A DNA stretch of 64,000 bases from Podarcis cretensis (Eukaryota), in contig OX638156.1 in the NCBI GenBank assembly GCA_951804945.1, forward strand, positions 50,778,001-50,842,000. The letters are read 5' to 3'. Positions 1-10,417 of the stretch are shown piece after piece (the stretch's first letter is position 1; every line of letters begins with the position of its first letter). The position numbers were made by a program, and so were the translations under genes. Below the pieces are notes generated by a model, which did not search any database, was not told where the DNA came from, and was given only the letters and a program-made list of their open reading frames with translations.

Positions 1-41
1 TGCTGGTAAGTATGTCCTGCTCTCCAAAAAGCCAATCTTAC

Positions 42-201
42 CTGAGCTAGGGCGGAGGATGTGCAGGTGTTTGCAGACTCCTGACTGCAAGAGCTTGAGG
101 ATGTGCACAGAACCTTGGTCCGATGCCACAAAGAGCCTGGTGGAGTCCTCAGAGAAAAGGAGGTGGTGGGCTGAGCGAATCCGCTTTGGAATCTTAGCAA
201 C
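42..201 (-). CDS. UTP4: UTP4 coding exon 11 (VAKIPKRIRSAHHLLFSEDSTRLFVASDQGSVH...)
   Basis: AAG acceptor, GTAAGA donor, 160 nt. Confidence 0.93.
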
Positions 202-489
202 CTTTGGGAAGGCAAGGGTTAAGGGTCAGTGTGGCCAGCTCTACCCTGAGGCCCCACCTCACCCTCCCCCATCCCCCAAGGAGGCTCACTTGAAGAAGTC
301 TAGAAAAGCATTTCCTGTTCCTTCCATCAACTTATAAGAATAAGTTACAAAATCTTAAAAGAACATAATAATTTTATCATTTAATCTGATTTTTACTTTT
401 TTTGGATTGCATCCATGTAAACTGCTTAGAGACTACTGTACTTAAGCTGTATCTAAATTGCTGAAATGAAATAAATAACTTAGAGTCCT

Positions 490-850
490 AGAGCTGGATC
501 ACCCCACCTAGTCCAGCCTCCTGTTCTCTCAGGGGCCAATCAGATGAAGAAGACCACAAGCAGACTAAGTGCAACATTCCTTGCTCATAATCCCCAGCAA
601 TATGCCTTCAAAGGTAGACTGCCTCCAATACTTGGGGGGGGGGGGGGCATGTGCACAGTCATCATAGCTAGTAGCCATTCATGGCCTTCTCCTACACAGA
701 TCTGACTGATCCCCTTTTGAAACCATGCAAGTTATTGGCCATTACTACAACCTGCGGCAGCCAACTCCATCATCTACCTATGTCCTGTGTGAAGAAGTTC
801 TTCCTTTTGTCTGTCCAGAATCTCCCAACATTCAGCTTTCCCGGATGATG
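490..850 (-). mobile_element. CR1-like LINE 3' fragment
   Basis: Resembles squamate CR1 3' ends as recalled; related copies at ~23860-24100, ~51650-51840 and ~62780-62980. Confidence 0.55.
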
Positions 851-914
851 CTCTAGCATGCCCCAGACCAGAACACCCAGGCCAGAGTCTCCACCCTGCA
901 GAATTCTCACTCAC

Positions 915-1037
915 CCTCTTGATAGCAATATGGTCTTTGCTGAGCTGGACCTGGTGCAGATAGAACCTGGAAGTTGTGGAGTAGGCAATCCAGGAGCCAC
1001 AGGGTGAGACGCAGCTGCTGGCAATGTGCTCAGGGTC
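915..1037 (-). CDS. UTP4: UTP4 coding exon 10 (DPEHIASSCVSPCGSWIAYST...IAIKR)
   Basis: TCCTAG acceptor, GTGAGT donor, 123 nt. Confidence 0.95.
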
Positions 1038-1789
1038 CTAGGAAGGAATCCAGATGAAGGGAGAAGCTGAGTTAGGTTCCTCCAAAAAGATACAGGGGAC
1101 TAAGAGAAATGAAACAGTGGGACTTGCTACCTCTGTAGACTCAGCAAAATCAACATGTTGCAAGATTGCCTTGAGTTGGCTTGGGAACAACTACAGTTAA
1201 GAAGATGTAGGGGAACCATAGCAAGCAGAAAAGCAGAGGGGGAAGCACCAGGGTCAGCTGAACAGGCAAGAGACAGTCTCTTGTGCTCCCTGAAATACGA
1301 TGTTTATTTAGTTCAACGTGTTTCAGAGTTGAAACTCCTTCACCAGGAGCTGTGAATGCTTGTAAATTCCTTGATCCTTAAAGAAACAAAAACTTACTCT
1401 GTACAGTATGCCTGAACTAAAAGCAGTTTCAAACTATGATGCTGTAAGATGTTTTCTTTATTTCTGTATCCAGAAAGTCTTGTAGATTTTTTGAAGCTCT
1501 TTTCAGTTCAGGTGTCCAGAAGAAGTCTCTTTAAGGTTCAAGGAATTTGCAAGCATTTGCAGGCTCAACTCTGAAATGCATTGAGCTAAATAAACATCTT
1601 ATTTCAAGGAGCACAAGAGACTGTCTCCTCTTTGTTCTAATGCTAAAAAAAAACCCCATAGCCTGCTTTTGCACAAAACTGTTTGTATCTGAAGTGGAGA
1701 TATTTCCTGCACAATTCATGCCCACGGGGCATGTTGAGAATCTGAAGCATCCACAATCAAGAGGGGACAAGAAATCATGGCTCCCTCAC

Positions 1790-1854
1790 CTTGGCCTTGA
1801 GCTGGAGAAGGTGTTCTGGGGGACAGGAGACAGGCAGGACTTCACCAGCCTTTC
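1790..1854 (-). CDS. UTP4: UTP4 coding exon 9 (GKAGEVLPVSCPPEHLLQLKAK)
   Basis: TTCCAG acceptor, GTGAGG donor, 65 nt. Confidence 0.92.
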
Positions 1855-2075
1855 CTGGAACAAGAACCAAGAGCATCTTTACACATCAAGTCTCTCTAGG
1901 ATGTCCTAATATGTGAGGGGACTGCCAAGCTTCCCAAGCAGCCCAAAGCTCTTGCTGCACCTGCTGGGAAGCCTGGAGCTCAACACAGGCCCAGGTGACC
2001 AAAGGACATGTATCCTCTAGGGGCACCTCAAACACACTAGACCATCAAGGCTCTGAAAGCAAAGTTTGCTCTCAC

Positions 2076-2172
2076 CTGCTGTGTTGGTGGTTCCAAGTCG
2101 CCAAAGCTCCAGATGTTTCGGGTATTGGAAGAGGAGGAGGCGAGCTATCCGGGCACAGGAGACAAGGCACCT
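2076..2172 (-). CDS. UTP4: UTP4 coding exon 8 (RCLVSCARIARLLLFQYPKHLELWRLGTTNTA)
   Basis: TTGCAG acceptor, GTGAGA donor, 97 nt. Confidence 0.94.
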
Positions 2173-2348
2173 CTGCAAGAGGGAAAAGAAGTGGCAGGTG
2201 AGAAGTGGGGTGGGGGAGTAAAGTTTGCATGGCTTGCCCCTGAATCCTTCTAGTGCACAGGACCACTGCAGGAAGGAAGAAGCTATGAGAAGCCATCTGT
2301 GAGAAGAGAAGGCATTGCTAGATAGCAGGCACCAATCCCGCTACTCAC

Positions 2349-2440
2349 GTGAGGGAAGGTGATTCTCTGGAGGGTAGATTCATGAGACTTGGGATCCAAA
2401 TTCTCCATGAATTGTCGGATCACAAGTTCCCCGTCCAGAC
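2349..2440 (-). CDS. UTP4: UTP4 coding exon 7 (GLDGELVIRQFMENLDPKSHESTLQRITFPH)
   Basis: ATTTAG acceptor, GTGAGT donor, 92 nt. Confidence 0.93.
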
Positions 2441-2459
2441 CTAAATGAGAAGGGAAAAA

Positions 2460-2654
2460 GCCAGGGTGGTATAGTGGTTACAAATCCCCACTCGGCCATA
2501 AAGATCGCTGGGTGGCCTTCAGTCAGTCACTATCTCTTAGCCTAACCTACCTCACAGGGTTGTTGTGAGGATTAAATGAGAAAGAGAACCAGATGCACCA
2601 CCTTGAGCAACTTGGGAGCAAAAACTGGGATATAAATAAAATAAATAAATAAAT
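2460..2654 (+). mobile_element. MIR/L2-tail-type SINE with (TAAA)n tail
   Basis: Core 'agcctaacctacctcacagggttgttgtgagg'; related copies at ~48510-48697(+) and ~49650-49850(-). Confidence 0.7.
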
Positions 2655-2747
2655 GGGGATGCAAATCAGGTCAAGATGCAACAGATCACAGCACCCTCTA
2701 TAGGCGGTATGTGCACACATCAGATCAGACTACTGGTTCTCCTAGAC

Positions 2748-3151
2748 CAGTCGTTTTCAACCTTCTCAGACCAAGAACCTGCTTTTAACCCAAATATGTT
2801 TTGGGGACCAATTCCTTAATCTTTTGCCATATACAGTCATACCTCGGGATGAATACAATTCAGCTTAAATATTTTCAGGTTGCGCTCCGCGGTTACCCGA
2901 ACGTAACGGAGCGTGTTACTTCCGGGTTTTACTGCTTGTGCATGCAGACACTCAAAATGACGTCACGTGCATGCACGGTGAAACGCAACCCGCGCACGCG
3001 CACTCGCATCTTACGTTCACTTCAGGATGTGAACGGGGCTCCGGAATGGATCCTGTTCGCATCCAGAGGTACCACTGTATTTGCATAGTGGAAGTGCTCG
3101 TGTTGTGACCCACCTTGGATCAGACAGTGACCCATTAGTTGAAGACCAGTG
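2748..3151. mobile_element. hAT-type MITE, interrupted by a Tc1/mariner-type MITE
   Basis: Imperfect TIRs CAGTCGTTTTCAAC / GTTGAAGACCAGTG; degenerate 8-bp flanks. Confidence 0.6.
2834..3077. mobile_element. Tc1/mariner-pogo (Tigger-like) MITE
   Basis: TA target duplication; TIRs CAGTCATACCTC / GAGGTACCACTG; many CpGs retained. Confidence 0.8.
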
Positions 3152-3345
3152 ACTTGGACCAATGTTGTCTACTTTGACTTGGTCTCAGGAGGAAGAGGGA
3201 GGCCTTTCCCATCACCTCCTACCTACGTGGTCCTTTTTAAATGGGCATCTGGGGATGGAACCCATGAACTTCTGTATGCAAAGCAGGTACTTTACCACAA
3301 AGCAATCAAACACACACACACACACACGATTGCAGTGAACTCTAC

Positions 3346-3517
3346 CTCCAGAGATGAATGTTGTTGCAAGATGTGCTACTGTCCGCACATCATGGGTGTG
3401 GTGCTTAAAGGGCCTTGTTCGCACCCACTGGAGCTCAGCACTGTCTAGCTTAACCGGTAGCAGCTGGAACTGATATACCATCCCCTCCGAAGTGCCAACC
3501 AAAATACTGTCTTCTGC
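3346..3517 (-). CDS. UTP4: UTP4 coding exon 6 (AEDSILVGTSEG...HHTHDVRTVAH...ISG)
   Basis: CCACAG acceptor, GTAGAG donor, 172 nt. Confidence 0.95.
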
Positions 3518-4243
3518 CTGTGGAGAAAGTTGGGCAAGCTAAAGGTTTGCAGGGAGGAAGTATTAATGGCAGAGAACAGGTCGATGCAGAACCTCATGCA
3601 ATGAAAATAAGTGAACTGACGCACACTGAAGTCACATTACACAGACCAAGGGCTGCCATGTTGGCTCAGACCATAGATCCATCAAGCTCAGCCTCCTGGC
3701 CACCAACACTGGTCAGCTGGATGTCCCAGTCAAGCTCAGATTCAGCACAGAACAATGTCATTTCCCTGAACGGCCACATATACACACTCAGGTTTTTAGA
3801 GGCTCTGGATAACACACAAAGTGCTTTTATCTGCCACAAAGTCTTGATTTAAATGAATTTCTGATAGCTAGCATCATATCATCACAGGGCCAAGAGTTCA
3901 AGAGCAACCTACGCCAACCTGGGACCCTCCAGATCTGGTGGACTACGGCTCCCATCAGCGCCACAGTTGGCAAAGGCTGCTTGGGAATAAGCTGCCCTCC
4001 AATGAGGACTCTGCTCACACAATCCCCTAGGATAGCTGTCTATCTTCCCCCTTAGGAGTAAGAAAGTTTGCCTTGGGTTGCAACTTTCCAAATCTTGGAC
4101 TGTTATTCTGCAGTTCAATTTCACACTCCCCCTGTCCTGCCACATAAGTGACTCCTGTTTTCCTTTCTGCTTGTCAAACTCAAGCAAACGCTGCCACCCT
4201 CCCCCGACCCCCAGTGCTGCTCTGGCTTTAACATGCAACTTAC

Positions 4244-4458
4244 CTCAGACCCAGCCAGGCAAAGCACGGCTGACTTGCTGACAGGGTGGCTCCACAGCAG
4301 CGTCCCCATCTCCGAGTCCCAGAACTGCACCTTCCCAGCAGAGTCCGCGCTGACAATTGTGCCATCCGAAAGGAAGAGTATGTCCCACACTACCACAGGC
4401 AACCGCTTGCGGGACCCTTTGAAGCACCGGTCCACGAGGATCCGCTGGACAGCATGGC
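4244..4458 (-). CDS. UTP4: UTP4 coding exon 5 (HAVQRILVDR...DSAGKVQFWD...CLAGSE)
   Basis: TTGCAG acceptor, GTAAGT donor, 215 nt. Confidence 0.95.
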
Positions 4459-4521
4459 CTGCAAAGGAGGCACCAGGCTCACTCAGGGAATTTGCTGCCA
4501 AGGAGTGTGGTGGAGTCTCCT

Positions 4522-4641
4522 TTGGAGTTCTTTAAGCAGAGGCTTGACAACCATATGTCAGGAGTGCTCTGATGGTGTTTCCTGCTTGGCAGGGGGTTGG
4601 ACTCGATGGCCCTTCATAGAACTCTATGATTCTATGATTCT
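4522..4641 (+). mobile_element. CR1 LINE 3' terminal fragment
   Basis: Ends in the CR1 octamer repeat (ATTCTATG)n. Confidence 0.75.
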
Positions 4642-4850
4642 AGGGTCTGCTTAGCCTCAGCTGCCAACAGTCACCCCAAACCAAGCAGGCCTTTACAAGG
4701 CCTTAAGGAAAGCCCCTTTGCTCAAATGCTTACAGGGCGCTATGGGGAGGGTCACCAACATGGCACCAGTAGGTGCACCTCTGCCTACCCAGGGTTCCTC
4801 CTCCTGCTGAAATGAGGACTGAAAGAAGCACCCTGTTGTAGCCAACAGAA

Positions 4851-4988
4851 GAGGTGTGAGGAAACTCTGGCCCTCCAGATGTTGCTGAAGTATAACTCCC
4901 ATCACCCCCGGCAACTGGCCATGCTAGCTGGGGCTGATGGGAGTTGTAGCTCAGCCACATCTGGGAGGCTAAAGGTTCCCCACACCTG
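4851..4988. mobile_element. Palindromic hAT MITE ('actacaactcccatca...tgatgggagttgtagt' family)
   Basis: Perfect 8-bp TSD CAACAGAA (4843-4850 / 4989-4996). Related copies near 3910, 14090, 16230, 19640, 20310, 22540, 24640, 25130, 30520, 38870, 47340, 54210, 56580, 60610 and 61160. Confidence 0.8.
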
Positions 4989-5427
4989 CAACAGAATATG
5001 CTACAGCATGTATATGATGCCTGCAAGAGTTTCTGCAGTATGCAAATATGCCCACGGGCCCCAAAAGGCTGGCAAATCCTGCTCTCCAGGCAGAGCAGAG
5101 GCTCTTTCCCATAATGGGCCATCAAAGTGGAGGTGCCAGGAATTGAACCTAACATCTTTGGATTGCAAAACATGTGCTCTTTCACTGAATTATGGGTCCC
5201 TCTCTAATGGAAGGGAGTTCACCAGCTTTGGGCAAGGCAGCCAGTATTGCCCTCTCCTTGCCACTGAACCTGGGTGTATGGAAGGGACACAGTCAAGAGG
5301 GTGCAGTCCTTGATTCTTAATGGCCACCACAGACCAGAATCATGAAGGTGAAGCTTGTTTGGACGAGCTGATGACACACACCATATTCCTGGCCCCAGCA
5401 TAAAACATGCCTAACTCCAGAACTTAC

Positions 5428-5517
5428 CTGATTTGACATCAAAGACACGGATGATGTTAGTGGAGCCAGCTACGATCTTAGTCCCTGATGGATGCCAGGA
5501 AAGGGACAGGGTGCGTC
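5428..5517 (-). CDS. UTP4: UTP4 coding exon 4 (GRTLSLSWHPSGTKIVAGSTNIIRVFDVKS)
   Basis: TTACAG acceptor, GTAAGT donor, 90 nt; WD40-type sequence; not in the ORF track. Confidence 0.95.
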
Positions 5518-5631
5518 CTGTAAGGTAAGGTGGGGCAGAAGAGGAGAGTCTCAGTTATAAGACGTACCAAGACTCAAACTCATTTTGGGGGTGGGGGCAG
5601 GTAGGTGAGGTTCAGAGGAACATGCAAATAC

Positions 5632-5800
5632 AAGAAGCTGCCTTATACCAAACCAGACCACTGGTCTTTATAGGTCCTTGCTATCCAAAATGACAGGCAG
5701 AGGCTCTCCAAGATTTCAGACATTCCCAACCCTTCCTGGGGATGCCAGGGGCTGAACTTGGGACCCTGTGCATTCAAAGCATGCGCTCTACCACTGAGCC
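5632..5800 (-). mobile_element. Squam3-like tRNA-derived SINE
   Basis: tRNA-like head with A/B boxes and 3' end ...GTATAAGGCAGCTTC on the minus strand. Confidence 0.75.
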
Positions 5801-5875
5801 AAGTGCTCTCCTTGCATCCTGAAAGGGCTTTCCTCTGCAAGCAACAAGAAATCAGGCTCCCTACCCCTCCTGCAA

Positions 5876-6229
5876 GGGATGCGGGTGGCGCTGTGGGTTA
5901 AACCACAGAGACTAGGACTTGCCGATCAGAAGGTTGGCGGTTTGAATCCCCACAACGGGGTGAGCTCCCGTTGCTCGGTCCCTGCTCCTGCCAACCTAGC
6001 AGTTCGAAAGCATGTCAAAGTGCAAGTAGATGAATAGGTACCGCTCCGGCGGGAAGGTAAATGGCGTTTCCATGTGCTGCTCTGGTTCTCCAGAAGTGAC
6101 TTAGTCCTGCTGGCCACATGACCCAGAAGCTGTATGCCAGCTCCCTCGGCCAGTAAAGTGAGATGAGCGCCTCAACCCCCGAGTCAGTCACGACTGAACC
6201 GAATGGTCAGGAGTCCCTTTACCTTTACC
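5876..6229 (+). mobile_element. Full-length Sauria SINE
   Basis: GGGATGCGGGTGGCGCTGTGGG tRNA-like head, (ACCTTT)n tail, 13-bp direct repeat TACCCCTCCTGCA at 5862-5874 and 6226-6238. Confidence 0.9.
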
Positions 6230-6303
6230 CCTCCTGCACATGGACTCAGAGCTCATCCTGTTGGTCATCATGACCCCCACATGCACCCCCACCCGCAACC
6301 AAC

Positions 6304-6388
6304 CTTTCTGTCGGTCCAGCTGCCTCTCAAACTCGATTCTATCTGGTAAGATGTTGAAGAGCTTAATGGTTCCATCATCACAGCCAAG
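6304..6388 (-). CDS. UTP4: UTP4 coding exon 3 (LGCDDGTIKLFNILPDRIEFERQLDRQK)
   Basis: TTGCAG acceptor, GTTGGT donor, 85 nt. Confidence 0.95.
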
Positions 6389-7514
6389 CTGCAAGAACAA
6401 GAGAGAGGGTCAGTAGCCTGTTCAGAATCCTGTCTGGTAGACAGCCAAGAGTCCAGGGCTTTGCCCAATAATTTGAGCTCTGACTGACCAAACTACGACA
6501 CAAACACAGAAACAGAGGCCAAGCTGGTGCTGGAGAAGCACCTTACTACTCACAAGGAAAGAATTTAAGCCTCAGGAAGCAGGACACTGAGTGGAGAAGA
6601 GAATGAAATGCAGAAAATTGAAGAGCTGGAGGGAGCTTTATAAGCTGTTTAATCCAAACCCCTGATTGATGTTGGAAATCCAGAGAGCAGGAGCATCCCC
6701 TAGAGAGAGATGGCTGTCTAGCCCCTGTTGGAAGACACCCGAGACAAGGGAGTGCCCACCCCTGCAGGTAATTGACCCAATTGTCAAACTGCACTAACTG
6801 TCAATAAGCTTCTCCTAATGTGCATGTGAAATAAACCCTCCTGTCAAAGTGTATATACCAAAATTACTAGTTATTACAGATATCAAATGATGTATAGTAA
6901 AGTGCATTGCTTAGATTGGTGACCAAAAGTAAAAGGTATTTTGTATTAATAACAATTAGAATTTATAGGAATTTATAGGTAAGGGAGGCAGGGGAGGTGA
7001 AAAATTAAAATATGTACTTAATGCACACCAGACTGCTGTTAATTAGTTGTACCATATGCCTCATTATTTGTGTAATCAATAAAGTCATGCCATACTGATA
7101 AAAAATTGTTGTGCTTCTTTTGGCCTCTTGCTACTTCAATTTTTTGTGTCAATTTTTCAAATAATGCTGTTTGTTAAATTGCATTATACCATTGGTCCAT
7201 AGTTAATAATTGCAATGATTTTCATGTCCTGGCAATAGTTGTTCTTGCAGCAGTTAATGGATGTGCTATGAGTTCTTTGTTTCTAATTTGCAAAATATTG
7301 TGACTATACAAGCTAAGTACACCCAGTCCTGGGGTGATGTGGACTGTCTGCCTTGCAATAAAATATATTTATTTAAATACATTTCCCCAGAATCCCCCCC
7401 CCCCCGGTATTCCATTCTATTAACATCATTTGGGGTTTTATCACTGCATTCTGAGAAGCTGGCTAGCTTTCTGATTTTGCATCATCTATAGATGTGGTAA
7501 AATATTCCTTATTG

Positions 7515-7757
7515 AAATATACAAAAAAAAAAAAAATTGTCCAGTAGCACCTTAGAGACCAGCTAAGTTTGTCCTTGGTATAAGTTTTCGTGTGCATGCA
7601 TACTTCTTCAGATACACTTCTTCAGATACTTCAGATGCACACGAAAGCTTATACCAAGAACAAACTTAGTTGGTCTCTAAAGTGCTACTGGACAATTTTT
7701 TTATTTTTTTATATATTTCGACTGTGTCAGACCAACACGGCTACTTACCTGAATCTA
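7515..7757 (+). mobile_element. Penelope-like retroelement terminal remnant (inverted pLTR) with hammerhead motif
   Basis: ~90-bp inverted arms; PLE-type tail 'ttagttggtctctaaagtgctactgg...cagaccaacacggctac'; CTGAAGA...GAAA core on the minus strand at 7578-7615. Confidence 0.75.
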
Positions 7758-7880
7758 CACCCCTTATTGTTCTAAATCATCAAGTGCTATTCCCTCCTCT
7801 AAGGGATGTTCTCTTGCTAGCACAAGACTTCATTACCACATTTTCAAGCTGCCCCTCTGTGGGATACTAGGGGCACCTAC

Positions 7881-8072
7881 CGCCAATTGAGTCCCAGTTG
7901 GATCAGCCACCATGCTCCAGATAGGACCTCCAAAAGCATCCAACGAATATTTGACATTCAGCTTCTCCAAGTTGTATTCAACAATTTCCCCACTGAGACC
8001 TGCACCAAAGAGCCGGTCTCCTGCTGTCCAGCAGAGCGCCTCTGGGATCCTCGTATCGTGGCCAGCAATGAT
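7881..8072 (-). CDS. UTP4: UTP4 coding exon 2 (IIAGHDTRIPEALCW...PIWSMVADPTGTQLA)
   Basis: CTCCAG acceptor, GTAGGT donor, 192 nt, phase 0-0. Confidence 0.95.
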
Positions 8073-8684
8073 CTGGAGAGATAAGTCATAGGTAAGGGGA
8101 AGGTGCAGGGCCCCTAAACCAAGAGGCAATCCTGAACAGTTTTCTGGTTTAAGGAAAGGTGTCTCTCATAGGCTTTGGGTGTCAATGGCCTCCTTTTAAC
8201 ACACATACACAAACTTTACCTGGGAGGAATCACACACAGGATGAACCTGTGCTGGGCTCAGACTGGAGAACTTTGCAGGCAGAAACCCCAAACACTGATA
8301 TACCTCCTGATTACAGAAGTAAAGTACAGAGAGGCTTGGTGAGTCAGTGTGCCACCCAACCTCGTGCCCCAAAGAATGCCCAGCAAATAGCTGTTTAGCC
8401 AGGGCATCCCCCAGGGAAACAATTATTTGGGGCTCCAGTTCCAAGCCTCAGTGGAGCCATAGGGCTGTCACTGTGAGCTCAGCTGTGTCTGGATAAGCTA
8501 GTATTACTTCACGGAGGAAAGAACTAGCTTGTGGAACTCAAGGCCACAAGATCTGGGGTCAGACAATGGCTAAGATGCCATTAAAAGCTCACAGAGGTGG
8601 AGACCTGTCAAATGGGTGCCAGGTGGAGCCCTCTTGTGCACGGGCAGTCTACCCCTGAGTGCCAACCACTGGGGAGACAGTCAC

Positions 8685-8846
8685 CTTCTCCTGGAACATG
8701 TTGGCCTGCAGGTCGTAGATCTCGAGGGAGCCGTCGAGGCGGCCCACGGCCAAGCGGTGGTGAGAAGAGCGGGACGCAGCCACGCACCGGATCCCGGACG
8801 GCACAAAGGCGAAGAGCCGTGCGCGGTGCACCTCGAACTCTACCAT
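8685..8846 (-). CDS. UTP4: UTP4 coding exon 1 (MVEFEVHRARLFAFVPSGIRCVA...NMFQEK)
   Basis: GCCATGG Kozak start at 8846; donor AAG|GTGACT; 162 nt. Confidence 0.95.
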
Positions 8847-9500
8847 GGCAGGCAGGGAATAGCACCGGTCGAGCGTCCGGAGAGCGCGGAGACAGAGCCA
8901 AGCGAGCCCGGTTTCCACGTGCGCGCCGCCCCTCTAAGCCCGGAAGCGGAAGTCATCTAGGGGCGAGGGGAGGGACTTCCGGGGCTTCGGCGAGGCGGGA
9001 GGTTCGGGAGATTCTGAGTGAGGTGCGTGGCGGAGCTGAAGAGAGAAAGAAAAGCGGCGAGCGCGCTCTTGAGCACGTGCAGAGTGCCGCTCCATCAGAG
9101 GCGCCGGGGCGCGGAGTTTCTGGATCCCCCGGCGTCCAGGGATGAGGGTGACTCTGAGCGCGTGCAGAGTTCCTGTCCTTGGAACAAGCACAGGGAAGCG
9201 GCTCGCCCTATTTGCTGGATGCTGCGGCTGCGTCAGTTTGCTCGCCTGAGGCTGAGGAAGAGGGGAGCCCGCGGGCGGGTCTTCGTAGGAAAGGGGGGTC
9301 TCCGCCCGAGATTGGCACTGCTGGGGGTGAGGGACTGCCCCTTAGCTGCCTCTGGGCCGGGAGCCCCGCTGGAGTGAACGAGGGGGAATCTGGGTCTTGC
9401 CCGTTCTCACCCTGCTTTCAAACCCCTGTTCTCCTTGTTGCAGAGGAACCGTGGGACGATGGTGCAGCTGGTCGTGTCCCGGTGAGTCTGCACTGGCTTC
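8700..9500. promoter_or_regulatory. CpG-island bidirectional promoter shared by UTP4 and CHTF8
   Basis: High CpG/GC; divergent ATGs at 8846(-) and 9459(+); tandem ETS motif CCGGAAGCGGAAGT ~8940-8953; ACTTCCGG ~8975; CACGTG E-boxes at 8916 and 9074. Confidence 0.85.
9459..9481 (+). CDS. CHTF8: CHTF8 coding exon 1 (MVQLVVSR)
   Basis: Acceptor TTGCAG ending 9443, ATG at 9459, donor GTGAGT at 9482; 23 coding nt. Confidence 0.9.
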
Positions 9501-9582
9501 TAGCGGTGTTGGTCGGGAATGATCTCTTTGCTACACTTCGTGACCTATAATAGCTCTTCCCTTCCTCGTCTTTTCCTTGCAG

Positions 9583-9700
9583 GGATGGGGTTGGAGGTCT
9601 AGCGGAGTGGGTGCTGATGGAGCTCCAAGGCGAGCTGGAATCGCGATCTGGGGCTGGCCTAGCAGGGAGGCTCTTGGGGGACCTGCATTACACCAAAGAG
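9583..9700 (+). CDS. CHTF8: CHTF8 coding exon 2 ([39 protein letters not shown])
   Basis: Ctf8 motif [10 protein letters not shown]; GT-AG; 118 nt. Confidence 0.95.
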
Positions 9701-9824
9701 GTGAGGGACTAGCCAGGTGCTTACGGATGTGGGGGGAAATTCTTGGTTGAGGCTGGCTTCCTTCCATACTACTCTCTCTGCAAGGCTTGAGTGCCCCCAC
9801 TGTCTTATCTCTCTCTCTCTCTAG

Positions 9825-10037
9825 GGAGTCCCTGTGCTCATTGTGGGGCACCACATCCTGTATGGTAAAGTTGTGCGTCTAGAGAAGCCCTTTGCCGTCC
9901 TGACCAAGCAAGCAGTGGCTGGGGGTGAGTCGAGCTTGGGACCAGGCCACTACTCAGTCACCGCCCTCATAAAGAAGAAGCTGCTCTTCAAAACCCGCCC
10001 CAAGCCCATCATCACCAATGTGGCCAAGAAAGCGTGA
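9825..10037 (+). CDS. CHTF8: CHTF8 last coding exon ([26 protein letters not shown]...[16 protein letters not shown]); total protein 117 aa
   Basis: Ctf8 C-terminal motifs; polypyrimidine tract plus TAG acceptor; TGA stop 10035-10037. Confidence 0.96.
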   Translation, partial: GVPVLIVGHHILYGKVVRLEKPFAVLTKQAVAGGESSLGPGHYSVTALIKKKLLFKTRPKPIITNVAKKA

Positions 10038-10411
10038 GGATGCTACAGCCCACCTCCAAGCACACTGGTGCCTCGTTCGCATGGAGGAAGGTCTGCCTAC
10101 TTCCTTGCAGAGTGCTGGGGACTGTGCCGAAAGGGACAAATCCTTTCCGCTTAGCCAGCTTGTTGGAACTCAGTGCCTTTTGTTCTGGGTTATGCAGTCT
10201 GTTATGTGAACCCAGCCCTTGGGAGAACTGCCTTATCTCAGATGCCAGCCTCTGTGGGACTAAAGCCAGTGTCTGGGAGAATCCAGCATCCATGCCCAGT
10301 GTGTTCAAATAGCCAGTGCTTTCCCCAAGAGCAGCTCAGCTGTGGGATTCAACCCGGTGTCTTTGCTAAGGTGCTGAGCCCCTTGCCCCAAAATCCAGAT
10401 ACCACTGAACA

Positions 10412-10417
10412 AATAAA
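10412..10417 (+). terminator. Proximal CHTF8 poly(A) signal AATAAA
   Basis: Canonical hexamer ~375 nt after the stop codon. Confidence 0.6.

Larger units (their letters stand above)
42..8846 (-). other. UTP4: UTP4 (cirhin/CIRH1A, SSU processome WD40 protein) gene span, coding exons 1-11; 3' part lies beyond the left edge
   Basis: 11 GT-AG exons splice in frame (1453 nt). The protein resembles human UTP4 as recalled (MxEFxVHRxRxFxxVPSGIRCVA...GPIWSM...HHTHDVRTVAH). Confidence 0.97.

Noticed and set aside
6245-6275. Box C-like ATGATGA on the minus strand in a UTP4 intron
   Set aside because: No suitably spaced box D, terminal stem or recognisable rRNA guide, so a snoRNA is not supported.
6830-7500. 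AT-rich stretch, possibly a degraded LINE (similar at 1080-1530 and 46740-46910)
   Set aside because: Too degenerate to assign a family by eye.
8597-9550. Several 100-180 aa ORFs across the UTP4/CHTF8 promoter
   Set aside because: GC-rich promoter artefacts; the true exons account for the region.
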